From the NCBI GenBank assembly GCA_030264375.1, contig JASCQW010000043.1:82939093-83003092 (forward strand): a stretch of DNA of 64,000 bases. The letters are read 5' to 3'. This document shows, one piece after another, positions 10,026 to 23,142 of the stretch. The position numbers and the translations under genes are program-made. The stretch comes from Carcharhinus longimanus (taxonomy: Eukaryota). The notes beneath the pieces were generated by a model that worked only from the letters and a program-made list of their open reading frames with translations, had not been told where the DNA came from and did no database searches. Position 1 is the stretch's first letter, and the number at the start of each line of letters is the position of its first letter.

Positions 10026-13000
10026 AGAATGACGGAAACTGATTACTTGAGTTTCTGGTCACCCTTTCAGTCCTGACCTGACCTCTAATGATACATTTAG
10101 GCTGAGTCCCCAGGTGGGGGTCTGGCTGCTGGCTTGGTCATCACTGAAATATGGAATCACATCTGCAAGTATTTAAATGCCAGCAGCAGACTTTTGGAGT
10201 TGGAACGTCTTGTAAGATGAATGGAATGAAGATATTCATATTATAGCACATTTAAACTAAATGGAGTGTCACAGTTGAAGAACTGCTAAATTTTGTATTG
10301 TACAAGATGAAGTCCTGTTGCATGAGATGCATGCGTGGGACCTCAAGGCACCTTCTTCAGAGCAGAGCTGTTTGTGATACCTGGACTGGTATAATGCCGT
10401 CTCCAAAATCCACTGAACCTGGATCCAAATGAACAAGAAGGTAAAGGACTTGAAGAGAATGACTAAGATAATCCAAAGGTGTCCAACACCCAGAAGCCAA
10501 ATCACGTTTGAATGCTGCACATTGTTCCCTCTTAACTTTTAAACTTGTACTGTTAACCCATTCAAAATATTGGTTAAAAAAAACCTGAGAATAAAAGAGC
10601 AGGNNNNNNNNNNNNNNNNNNNNNNNNNNNNNNNNNNNNNNNNNNNNNNNNNNNNNNNNNNNNNNNNNNNNNNNNNNNNNNNNNNNNNNNNNNNNNNNNN
10701 NNNGCAGGTCATGTCTTAATGCTGCAAATGACCAAGTTTACACTTGTCGCACTCACCACTTAAATAACATCGACACTAAACACTCACACAACACGTGGTG
10801 CATGTTTATTAACTCACATATTGAGTTACAGCTGGACACTTGTGTGACTCAATCATCTTTAACGTCCTTTTGTCCTCGGGTTTGTAAAATTTCCTGATAT
10901 AACCAAACAAATGTTTCTGCAGTCTCTGCTGGCCTTTTAATCCCGCAGTGATACCTGACTACCTATTTCTACCTGGTGAATTCCCACTGCAGGGCCTTTT
11001 CCACATTGGAAGGTGGCATCCATTGTGCAATTAATATTGATTCCTTAATTAGTTGCAAGGTTAATATATAAAGGGTCAGACAGGTTGTTCTTTTGCACTG
11101 ACCCAATTCTGCTGATATTGCATTTTCTGGCTTCTCAATTACTGAAGTAAGGGGCTTATTGCCTGTTCCAGACAGCCACCATGGACACCTGACAAATGGT
11201 CCAATCCAGTATCAGGTCAGAAGTCCTTCAAATAATAATGGGAGATGAAACATGATCCCCAAATTTGATCCATGTGTCTATTTTACTTCGGTATAAGTGG
11301 CACAGCTAGACCTAATTTGTTACTCCCTTGTGTCATTTAGAATGTAGATTTTTTTGACATTTGTGGTCAAAATTAACAGAGAGATTTTAAAGATGCATGG
11401 AGAGGGATGGAGAAAAAAAAATTACACGTCCCAGAACAGCATTAGAAGAATATGATAAAATGGGGGAGCAGTAATCTGGATATAAGACTGTTCATGTATT
11501 CGTTGGCTTTGAGGCTTGAAATGCAGAAGACAGTCAGCATCTGAAAGAAGATACATTAAAGCTTTGGCAAGAATCCCTCACTGCATCTATTTCTCCTGGT
11601 AACCTATCTCACTTTCAGAGGCTGTGTGATTTACAGCTAATCTCTCGGAGTTTCTAGCGTAATTGCAAATAATGTTGCATTCTATTTATAATGTTAAGCA
11701 TTTTCCTTTTGATTGTTGTAAAATTCTCGTAATTCTTCTTAGAGATATCAAGATAGATTAGACGAACAGGAAACAGAATTTCAGTGTGTAACAGTGCTGC
11801 TCCTTGTTTGTCTACTAGGTTATCCAGATTGTTGTCAGCACCAGCTTGCTGCAATAAAGATAATTTTCTAATTTAAATTGCAGCCTCCTCTTTAAACAAA
11901 ATTCAGTAAATCTTCACAATTTTGCTGTTCAGTTCCAGGATTCAATTCCAGTCCATAATTCCAACTAAAATGATGTAGGTTTTAAGAAAACATTTAAATC
12001 ATTTTTACAATTTGAGTGCAGTCATGAGTGTATAGCATTTTAATTTGTGACACTGTCTTAACCGGCCGCATTTTAAATTATTTTATGTTTTTTATCATCT
12101 TTGTTTACCCTTTTACACATTCTGATGTTTTGACAGGAAATCCACCAGCCTTGTAATTAAATGAGTAATCTTGAAAGCATAAGATTATTGATGAAACAGA
12201 AAGTATATTATAGCTTAAGAAAAGAAATGAACATTATTCAGACTGATCGATTAACCAAAACAATGAGATTAACATCACTGTTGCATATACTGATTTGATG
12301 ATAAAGGAATTAAATATTGGAACAAAGAGTTTGAAGAAAAATTGCTGGGTGCGTGATACAAGGAACAAAATAAAATTAAAATGGACATATAATAAAACAG
12401 AATGTGCTAAAAATGAGCAGCAAACAAATCGGCATCTGAAAGAAAGATTGGTTAGCATTTTAGGTATAGCCCGTCAAAAGAACCACTAGGTATAAAACTT
12501 ATACAAAAAGGTTGTGGAGCAATGCGGTCCTTAGTCCCACCTCCAAGAACTACTGGCTAGTCAAAGGTCGACAGCCCTATTGTTCTCAGCTGTGCCACAG
12601 GGGAGGTGGTTGTGCTGCAGGTACAATACCCACCAAGGCCTCAAATCAAGAAGGGGCTCAGGCATGTGAATGTTGGTGGGGACGGGGTTCTTGTAGGGAG
12701 GTGTGAAATGGCTGCAAGGGCAGTAGGTGACTTTCAGGAGCCTTCCACCTTCCTGATGTTGGGTCTCTTGAGAAGCATGAAGTGCTTTTGAACAAGGGAC
12801 ACCACCACTCCCAGTTAGACCGCAAGCAAGCACACCAAGGTTTCCCTGTGCTCCCTGCAAAGGATCTCTTGCCTGCTATTGACTGAATACCGGTGGTGGT
12901 GGGATCAATTGTTAGGGCTGGATGGCCACCTTTGGACCTTCCTGCTATGGATATAATCGGGTTAGAGGTGGGAAGGTGGCATGGTCCACACCTGCTACCC

Positions 13001-13399
13001 CCCTGCCCAAATAAATTCCTCCCCCCACCTTGAGGGCATAAGACTTTGCCCTGTGATTTCCTTCTCATCTTTATTGTTCATTTATTCTGGGATCACACAT
13101 GGAAACATTTATGTTTCACTCTTCAGATGGTTTTTGACTTGCCCTTCTCAATCTTTGGGAGAATATCTTGTGGATCTACTGCAGCTCAAAGATAAAACTA
13201 AACAAAAATTGGAGCTTTAAATGAAGTGTGGTCTTCAGTAACTGCAGAGAGATGATTAAAAAAATGCATCTCACTTAACATAATGACATAACTTGCTGTA
13301 AATATGTAAATCAAGATGTGACAAATAAAGGTGTGCCACACTTCACAGTTACACAAATACTTCCATCTGTGTCCAATTGGCTTCTGTTCATTATATGTT

Positions 13400-14517
13400 A
13401 ATTGCCCTCCACCCTGGAAACCCTGAATGAACCTGTATCTGGGGTTACCATTGTAGATGTTAGAGCAGCTTTCTCAAAGATAATCCATGGAAAGCGACTG
13501 GCTCAAATTGGGTATCCAGATGAGCACTCAGATCCTGCACGGATCAGCTGGCAGGGATATTCACAGACATCTTCAGCCTCTCTTTACAATAATCTGAGGT
13601 CACTATTTGTTTTAAGAAGACGACCATCAAGCTGGTACCTAAGAAAAAAGTGTGCCTTAATGACTATTGTGTGGTGGCTCTGGCATCTATCATTATGAAG
13701 TGCTTCAAAACGCTAGTCATGGCATGAATTAATTTTAGCCTCCTGGACTACATGGATTCACTACAGTTTGCCGACTGCCGCAACAGGTCCACAGCAGGTG
13801 CCATCTCCCTGGCCCTGCACTCAACCCTGGAACATTTAGATAACAAAGACACCTATGTCAGACTTTTATTTATCGACTACAGCTCAACCTTTAACACCAT
13901 TATTCTCATGAATCTCAACTCCAAACTCTATGGCTTGGGCCTCGGCTCCTCCCTCCGTGACTGGATCATGAACTTCAGTAAGGCTAAGTAACAAGACCTC
14001 CACTTTCCCTCTCAACACCAGTGCCCTACAAGGCTGTGTTCTCAGCCCCCTACTATACCTTACTATACTCCTTATACACATATGACTGTGTGGCCAAATT
14101 CCCCTCGAGTTCGATTTTCAAGTTCGAATGACATCACCATTGTGGGACAGACCTCAAACAATGATGAGTTGAGAGTACAGGAATGAGATAGAAACTGGTG
14201 CAGCGACAATAATCACTCCCACAATGTCGACAAAATGAAGGAGATTGTCACCGACTTCAAGAAACATAGAAGAGAACATGCCCCTGTCAATAACAATGGG
14301 CACAAAGTAAAAAGGGTCGAGAGCTTCAAGTTTTTAGGTGTCCAGATCACCAACAACCTGTCCTGGTCCCCCCATGCTGACACCATAATTACAAAAGCCC
14401 ATCAATGCCTTTACTTTCTGAGAAGGCTAAGGAAATTCGGCATGTCAGCTACAATTCTCACCAACTTTTACAGATGCACCATAGACAGCATTCTTTCTGG
14501 TTGTATCACAGCTTGGT
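13400..14517 (+). mobile_element. Rex1/Babar-type LINE reverse transcriptase remnant (frameshifted)
   Basis: ORF pieces [95 protein letters not shown]. Confidence 0.9.
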
Positions 14518-15684
14518 NNNNNNNNNNNNNNNNNNNNNNNNNNNNNNNNNNNNNNNNNNNNNNNNNNNNNNNNNNNNNNNNNNNNNNNNNNNNNNNNNNN
14601 NNNNNNNNNNNNNNNNNATGCATATGACATTCAGATTCCGTGGAATTTATATTGAGAAGGATCATCATCACCATCTGCCTGACTCCGCTGCTGCTTTCTC
14701 AAAGCCCGAGAGAATCTGGCAGAGGAAAAAAAATCAATGACTGAATTATTAAATTATCTCAGTATTTCTTTTCAAAGCTGAGTGTTGCTTTTTGACAACA
14801 GTTAGGTCAGGAGACATTGACAAATATTGCAGCTCTACGGCATGTAATATAAGTATATCTATTGTGAGATTAATATAAATAATACAGAACGTCTTACAAA
14901 GCACTCCAGACAGCTCATAATGCTAATCCACGTGGCTTTGAAGGGAACAGATTGAATATTTATGACAGGGGACAGAAGCTCTTGTGTATTACTGCACCGT
15001 GCATTTGAAATGTCCTACAATCAGCTTTGATGCTGTGAAAGGTTTACTTCAAATATTAGACAATACTTAAACTGAGGATATTCATAAGGTAAAGAGCCTT
15101 CTGTCTCTTAGTTTGCAACCAATGCATTAAATTGCTTTTATTTTGTAACTAGCAAACTAAATCCACATCATATGTAATGATCCAGATAAATACTTCAGGA
15201 CACTGAGGTTAAACCATATCAGGGAGGCTTGTAATCTTATTATGGAGAGTTTGAGTAATCAGACTGAACATCTATCATATGGAGGGGCCAGTCAGAGAGG
15301 TAGAGATAGACATCAGTAATGAACTAAATGCAAGGCAAGTGCATTTATTTATTTTCACTGTGTTAAAGGTGCTAGTCTGTGTTACCAAGCAATGGGCTTG
15401 AATGAACCCAAACTGAAGCATCTATTCGAGTATCTATAGTGTACTCAGCAGGAAGTTAATTGACGTGGTGGGTCAGTCTGTCTAGGCAATGTCAATCCAT
15501 ATGTTACAGACTCCAGAGGGATAGATTTTCAATTTTCCCCAAGGGGATCGAGCAATGTAAAATAACATGCTGCACACATGGAGTGACACTCTCGTTCCTG
15601 CCTGGTTCTGGTATAGATCATATACCAGACTGATGTACCAGGGTCATTTTACTAATTTGATGATATACTAATCAAAAACAACTG

Positions 15685-15825
15685 TGGGAATTCTCCCAGT
15701 CCAGTCCAAGTGTTTATCCCTCAATAAACATTAGTAAACCAGGTTATCTCTTCGTCATTCCATACTGCCAGTTGTGGAATTGGCTCTGTCTTCCCCAAAT
15801 TGACTATGCTTCAAAAATTACTGCC
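15685..15825 (+). mobile_element. DeuSINE 3' fragment (degenerate)
   Basis: TTCTCCCAGT..TTTATCCCTCAATAAACAT..GTTATCT..GTCATT resembles the Deu-domain 3' half. Confidence 0.45.
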
Positions 15826-16044
15826 CCCATCATTGACTTCAGCTGATATCTCATTTTCTCACAACCAGTTCATTTCAACAGGGCTCCCTATTTTATCCCA
15901 TAGCTTGCCAGCTCCTGTAAATGCTGCCCAACTCCCAAATTGGATTTCACAGTGGTAACGTCAAATGGGCAGCGCACGCACTTATCCTTAAGTCTATCCA
16001 GTGCGCACCTCAAGCTAAAATTATCTCCATTCTTTAAAAATGGT

Positions 16045-16257
16045 ATTGACAGCTTCTTCCCTGCTGCTGTCAAACTTTTGAATGGACTTACCTTTCATTA
16101 AGTTGATCTTTCTCTACACCCTAGCTATGACTGTAACACTACATTCTGCACTCTCTCATTTTCTTCTGTATGAACAGTATACTTTGCCTGTAAAGCACAC
16201 AAGAAACAATACTTTTCACTGTATGTTAATACAAGTGAATAATAAATCAAATCAAAA
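16045..16257 (+). mobile_element. Rex1-like LINE 3' end
   Basis: ACAGCTTCTTCCCTGCTGCTGTCAAACTTTTGAAT (SFFPAAVKLLN), then a 3' UTR ending AATAAATCAAATCAAA. Confidence 0.7.
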
Positions 16258-17562
16258 TTTTATACTGATATAGGTGAGCATATAAAATAATAAGAAATAA
16301 AGAATATTATTATGCAATTATAATTACGCGCATTGCAGTATTTACCCTGACAGTTAGTTCTTTTACTCAGGTAGCCTACATATACAAGCTAAACAGCACT
16401 GAATTTCCCCCTTTAAGACATCTTAACTTTTATGGCTAATTCATTTATTTATTGGTTTATTGAAGCTATTTCAATTAATATTTATCAGAGGGGAAGATAT
16501 ACAAAAGTCCTGAACAAATCAAGCTCTAGTTTAAGAAAATAAATTAAAACAACTGTAAAATGAGCTGCAGATTCACTTTTGCCCATTTTCTATTTTTGCT
16601 GAAGCCCAATCCCATATACATAAACACTGAATCATGAAAGGCCATGCTATGTTGAAAGGTATGTACTCCATTTAGCAATCTAACGTATGCTCCTATCTCT
16701 TACTGTACACATCTCCCAAGGATAAGCTGCAGTTGTCAGTACTGGAGATGAGGCCAGCACCTCACATAATCCTGCATCACTCATAGCGCTAGTCACAAAC
16801 TCCAAGTCTACAATAGACTGTCTTTTATGGATCTGATGAACTGGGCATGGATGAAGACAGCCATTTCATATTGCCTCACTTCACTGCCTTCATTACTACC
16901 CTGAAATTTGCTCCCAGACAAGTCGACGGACTTGCTGAGGACATGCCTAATAACAGGCATGTGCTGGAATAGGTACGGATGTGGCTGCTGCCTTTCAGCC
17001 ATCCAGCCTAGCTTATCTTGCTTAATAAATGACAGAACATTTGCCAGATGGCCAGCTGGATCAAAAAAAAGCATTGAGGAGTCAGATATAGTGACAGCAG
17101 TTACAGGGACGTCTGATGACCCATCAAAATGAAGCACAGGATAGGCAGTTACCTTCCACAGTGAGAAACTCTTGAGTTGTATGGTGATACAGATCTTAAT
17201 AGGTCTACTTTCAAATGGAGTTTGATACTACAGTAGGACTGGAATGAGACATCACTTGTCACCTTGCACACAACACAAGAGGGTGATCTGCATGGTGCAA
17301 TAGCTACCCAATTCTGTCTTTCATGTCATTGAAGTATTGGATTGTGCACTGAGTTTGGCAGTTAAGTACATGACAATATGTGTGGTCTCTGCTCTGGAAA
17401 CCTTGGATATACTGTATATATTAAATCTTTGTCAACATTCACATTCCTGCTGTGGAGGCTTTGCACTAAAACTCCAGGATGCAATTAATGACCACCTTCA
17501 TCTAACTACTCAGCATCTTCTGCTGCCAATTCACTATTCAACTATCAGCAATGGTGCTTAAA

Positions 17563-17940
17563 ATATAAGAAATGGGAATTGGAATAGACCATATGGCAGT
17601 GCCATTAAATAAGATTATGACTGATCCATGATGTTAATTCCATATTTCTGTCCGATCTCCACATTCTACGGTTACCCTAGAGTTCAAAAACCTAGTGATC
17701 TCAGCCTTGAATATTCCCAATGACAGCAGCCACAGCCCTCTAAATTTGGAGAATTCCAAAGATTCACAACTCTCTGTGCGAAATGGCTAACATTTTTATC
17801 CTGAGACTATGCCCTCTAATTCTAAACTCGACAGCCAGGGAAAACAGCCTGGGACACCTACTCTGGCAAGTGCTCTCAAAATCTTATATGATGAGAGGAC
17901 CTCATTTTTCTAAACTCTGGGAAGTATAAGCTGACTCTCC
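17563..17940 (-). mobile_element. CR1 LINE 3' fragment
   Basis: Reverse complement of a CR1 3' end (plus strand GAGAATTCCAAAGATTCACAAC, CCCTCTAATTCTA). Confidence 0.7.
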
Positions 17941-18043
17941 TTGTAGGTAAAACTCGCTCTTAAGTACTGAAGCACCTAGTAATGAACGTATGTACCTGTC
18001 TAACATTCACAAATAGCAAACATCATTCCCAAACACACACTAC

Positions 18044-18170
18044 GTGTGGAAATTCCTGGCAACACTCACCCCACAACTAGAAAATCCCGTCCGAGATCAA
18101 CAGACCTTTGGATGGTCTGTGTCCTGCCCGCTACAATTCCCATGGCGGGCGAGATGAAAAAATTCCACGG
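18044..18170. mobile_element. Harbinger-type MITE, same family as 9901-10025 (opposite orientation)
   Basis: Ends GTGTGGAAATT and AATTCCACGG; TAC on both sides; internal AACAGACCTTTGGATGGTC is the reverse complement of the 9901 copy interior. Confidence 0.6.
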
Positions 18171-18852
18171 TACATATATTTAAGCATCAGTTCGACCCAT
18201 TGTGCATGTGCTCTTGTCTATGTACTACATGTTACCATTTATTTATTGCAATGTGACTTTCCTATCCATGCGTTTCATTATTATTCTAATCTTAATCTAA
18301 TTTCATGTTGAGTACCATTATTGACTTCATTGCACTTGAGGTGAAGCATGGATTACAAGACCATTACCTGAAAGAAAGTGCCTTCCAACCTCTTTCTTTT
18401 GGTACCAATTTTAAACTTGTTATCAATTAACTGTCTGGTGGAAATAACCTTTCACTAATAACCTATTTTTATATTTTTGAAGAGTTTATAGGCATTTAGC
18501 CATCCCTCCCTTGTAAATGTTTCCATATCCCGCACACATCTTTAATCATAATTACATATTCTCTCATTTCTGATGCCATTCTACTAAATCTACATTACAC
18601 TTTTTTGCATGATGCTCATTGCTACGTCTCTAGTAAAATGCTCAGAACTGAGCACAAAACTACAATAGTGAATTAACTTGTGCCTTGTACAGGTTCACCA
18701 TTACCTCTGTGCATCTTTAGGTAAAACTTAAAATTTCTAACTGGAATCCAGCATTTAATGATCTGTATATTTATAGCCCACAGCTCTACTTATTCACTCC
18801 ATTGTAAAGTATACTTTGTTTCTATTCTCTTGTTTTCCTCTAAAATAAAAGT

Positions 18853-19132
18853 TAGAAGTTTTATTTATTAGTCACAAGTAAGCTTACATTAACATTGTAT
18901 TGAAGTTACTGTGAAAATCCCCTAGTCGTCACACTCTGGCGCCTATTCAGATACACCTGAGGGAGAATTAGCATGGCCAATGCACCTAATTAACCAGCAC
19001 GTCTTTCGGACTGTGGGAGGAAATCGAAGCACATGGAGGAAACCCATGCAGACATAGGGAGAACGTGCAGATTCAAGCTGGGAATCAAACCTGAGTCCCT
19101 GGCACTTTGAGGCAGCGGTACAAACACCGTGC
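18853..19132 (-). mobile_element. V-SINE (subfamily with GTCACAAGTA..GAAGTTACTGTG tail)
   Basis: V-domain core and tRNA head on the minus strand; same family at 47825, 50373, 59124 and 63562. Confidence 0.85.
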
Positions 19133-20729
19133 TGGATTTACGCTCCTTGGTTTGAAGGTGTGGGTGTAACTTGTAAAATCCAGCTTTTTGTCCACCCCTG
19201 GCCAGTCAGGTCTATTAAGGCCTTAAGGAGACAACTAGTGGATCCTACCCCTGCCTATATTGGCCAGCAGCTCTCTAGGGTGGAACCTCTTCATGAGAAT
19301 GGCAGAAGGCTTGTCTGCAGGATAGCCATCTCCCACCAACTCTTTGGCCAGGGGAGATTGGGAACCATAGCGCCCTGCTACATATCTGACTACATGCCTG
19401 ACCTGCCAAAATGAAACTCACTTTCTTCATCTTACTCTTTTTTTTGTTATGCACATAAACTCAACTATCAGAAAACCAATTTAAAAATTTTTTTTAAAGG
19501 GACCTGGGCATCGTTGGCTGTAGGCCAGCATAATTTTCTCCCCCCAGTTTCCCTTGAGAAGGTGATGGTGATCTGTCCTCTAGAGTCACTGCAGTCCATA
19601 TGGTACAGAGTGATTTTGGCTCACGCATTGACTTCTGCAAGTAGCTGGAAGACTTCTGGTAGAAAGATTGATGTGCAATAAAAGTAACTACCGGCCTTTG
19701 GAGAGTGAGCAATCCTCATAACGCTATTACAATTCATAAAATCTCTGAACTTTGCAGCACCCAAGTTGGCCTTTGTGCCTCTGCTGGTTTTGCTTTGACT
19801 ATTGACCTCTACTTCTGGCTGCCTTTGTTGCCCTCGTACGTTTTTCCTCCACCACTGTTAGCAGAGCCTTCAGCTATTTTGGCACTATTCTAGAATCCAG
19901 TCCGCAAACTCTTCCATCCCACTTTCTGTTTCTGTGCGTCCTTAAAAGTCTTCTTGCTAACTGTTCTTGACTTCTGGTTAACTTTCCGAATGCGATGTTG
20001 ACTTGTTTTTTTTTCCCCTCTGAAATGTTTTGGGAATATTTTGTATGATAATACCACCATTTAAATGGAGGTTTTTAGTTTTTTTCCTAAATGTGAGATA
20101 TTTTAGAACCCAGATGCTTAAAATTGTGTGGTAAAGTTTATAAAGCTGCAATAGTCCTAACCTTATCAGTGTAACGCCAGAAACCATGCAATACAAAATT
20201 CAGTGAGAAATAGTAATTCATAGATTCAACCAGTTAGTTATTTTTGATAATAGACCAAGCATCATGTTCAATTATTCTCTGGATTAATGCAAATATATTG
20301 TTCAGTTTATAAATCATGAAATATATATTTTATATATTGCTCAGTGTTTATTTTAAATGTGTATTATTGTATTACTTAGACCTTGATGCTTGGTCAACGT
20401 GTAGCGTTTTACAGCCAGCTGGCTAATGTGGAAAAATTGGTTTTGGGTTTTAGTCAACTATAGAGGGTCAGAGCCAACCTGGTTATGTTTTCACTTGGCA
20501 CCTGCACATACTGAACTTATAATGGGAATAATTGAATATTAGCTGGTTTTCATCCAAGCAGCTCTGATGCAAATTGCAGCCTACATAATGTTGCCCACAT
20601 GAGATCAGCTAACTCAAAAATGACCCATCCCAAATATCAGAATTCATTTTGTGCTTTGCAGGCTCATATATAGCATAGGCTAGCGACAGCTTCCCTCTAC
20701 TGTGTCCAAATAGCAAGCAGAATGTTATG

Positions 20730-21112
20730 TCACCTGTGGACAAATTTGCAAGGGTGGGTGGGAGGATGGCCTGTAGAAATTCTGTGGATGCCTTACCTTC
20801 CCACCCCAACCTAGTTATGACTTAACAGGTGGCGGGAAAGCTCCACACAGTCCTCGCGTCCTAAATGACCACTTCCTGACAGGCCCCTTTTCCATCAGAG
20901 GCCTGACACCTCTCACCACCTTTCCAGTAAAGACCCAAGCAGGCATACTCACTCTTAGATCAAGCGAGTTGGCTGGCAGATCTCTGAAGCAAGTCATTCT
21001 GGCCAGTTGACCAATTATCAGACCGTTGAATAGCTACGGAGCAACCCATTTGAGTGGGGGCAAGTTTAAACCAACTTTATTGATGAAATTCTGCCACCTG
21101 TAAAATCCTGCC
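20730..21112. mobile_element. Degenerate non-autonomous DNA transposon (Harbinger-like MITE)
   Basis: GC-richer island ending TGTAAAATCCTGCC, like the termini of the other MITEs. Confidence 0.4.
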
Positions 21113-21516
21113 TAATGTGTCTAAACTCCACAATCAAAAGTGGGGGGGGAGGTGGTGGTGGGTGTTCTGCTAACTTTTTACATACTGATCCACAGGGGGA
21201 GCTCCTCAGTCATTTACTAATTGTATATCTCAGTGTGTTGATATATATATCCAGTTTGAATTATATTTTTCTCCATTCACTAAATATACTATGAAAGTAG
21301 ATGCAAGTAAAAAGGCAACTTTTCCAACTTCATACCCTGAATTATTAATCAGCATAATATAGCTCCACTGTATATCTAATTATCATTTTGTCCCAATGGG
21401 TTGTCTCATACTTGGGTAAATTGCCATAAATAAACAAAATACTAAACACTGCAGACACCTTACTATTGTTCAGCATAAAGGATTTATAGGTGAATAACAT
21501 TGTTTTTTTATTGCAG

Positions 21517-21691
21517 CAAATGAAAACTCCAGAGAACCGGTTTTCGGGCCACAATGTGACACCACAATACAGGATGCATTCTTACTACTCTGCAGCCTCA
21601 TACCTGGGTCAAGGCCTAAGCACAGCTGCTTGTGTTCCTCAGCTGTTTACTCTGGAAGATGGTTCCTCTTTCTCAGATGTAAAATCCAATG
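21517..21691 (+). CDS. DMRT1: DMRT1 coding exon (orthologous to human exon 4)
   Basis: Acceptor ttttttattgcag; [58 protein letters not shown] matches human [38 protein letters not shown]; phase-1 donor G|GTAGGT. Confidence 0.96.
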
Positions 21692-22799
21692 GTAGGTTAA
21701 AGTTATTTTTTGCTCAGTTCTATTACTAAAACTTCATTGTGTTAAAAAAGGCAGATGACTCAGTGTACATTCCTTTCAAAGTCAACTTACTTGCAATGCA
21801 CATAAAGTCCTTATTTGGAGTGGATGAATTACATGCTCATGAAGGTGGATAGAATTGGGCAATAGAACATTTTTCCTTCCTTAATTGAATGTCAGCATCA
21901 GGCACTCCGGAGATTGTACATAGCAAAGGCCATATACAGGGTAAACTTTCCTCTACTCTGTCCAAAGAACGTGTTAATTATGACCTCGAAGTGTACTCCC
22001 CACTGCACCAGTGCAACCTTTTTTATTTCCCATATCTTCCTATGCAATTTTTTTTAGCGTGTCCCCCTTTATCTTTAAGTGATGTTATTTTTCTTTTTTA
22101 CTGTGAAAAATTAAGAGAAGTATCAAAATACTGCAGTTACAATGCCTATTAATTTTTCCACAAGTACTTTATTATTCTATTAGCTTGCATCTCAAAACAT
22201 TAGAACATGGTTAGCCAAGGGTAAAGGTCCATGACAAAATAAACAAGAAGTGAAAAAAATGTCTCAGTTCACCATTCTCGCATCTGAAACAAGACTTTTA
22301 TATATAAATGCAAAAGGAATATTACAGATCTTTAATAAAGTGGGTAAAAACTGAAAGTGCAGAGAGGTTAGTCAGCATATGAAAGTAAGGTGTGCCCAAC
22401 AGTTCAAATGTAGTTCTTCACCAGAATTTCGGTCCGAACTGAATGCTCGGTGTCTTTGTTTAATAAACATTAAACATTTAATCATTTAAAATAGCCAATA
22501 GGAACTAAATTAAACACTTTCCTCTCCCATTTTTCCTTATTCTGTCTTTATTCCTCTTTTATTGCACAATTTGCACCTATGTTATTGTCAGTTCATTGCT
22601 TGTGTGTTCATTCTGCACATGAGCAACACTGCAGCTTTTAAAAATCTCGAACTGTGGCTTTGTGGTTGAATTCTGCTGAGCCGTGGCTGTCCTAGAATGA
22701 GGGATATGATTGCTGTAACCAGGGTTCCTTTGTCATTGGATTCCTTGGGATGATCTTGGATTCCCATGGTAGGCAGCTTGCAGCTTGAGGTTAATCAAA

Positions 22800-23142
22800 G
22801 AATCCATAGAATCCCTACAGTGCAGAACGGGGCTATTCGACCCACAAGTCTGCACCGACTCTCTAGCAGAGCATCCTACCCAGGCCCCATCCCTATAACC
22901 CTACGTATTTACCCACTAATCCCCTAGCCCACACATCCTGAGACACTAAATGGCAATTTAGTATGGCCAATCAACCTAACCTGTACATCTTTGGACTGTG
23001 GGAGGAAACTGGAGCACTTGGAATAAATCCACACAGACACAGGGAGAATGTGCAAACTTGATGCAGACAGTCACCCAAGGCTGGAATTGAACCTGGGTTC
23101 CTGGCGATGTGAGGCAGCAATGCTAACTACTATCGTACCACC
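22800..23142 (-). mobile_element. HE1-like V-SINE, near full length
   Basis: Tail CATAGAATCCCTACAGTGCAGAA, V-domain, and tRNA head (plus strand GGAATTGAACCTGG..GTGAGGCAGCAATGCTAAC). Confidence 0.88.

Noticed and set aside
16808-17137. 109-aa minus-strand ORF and the other 60-160 aa ORFs in the track
   Set aside because: No recognisable domains or splice context; most are chance ORFs, antisense to LINEs, or inflated by N runs.
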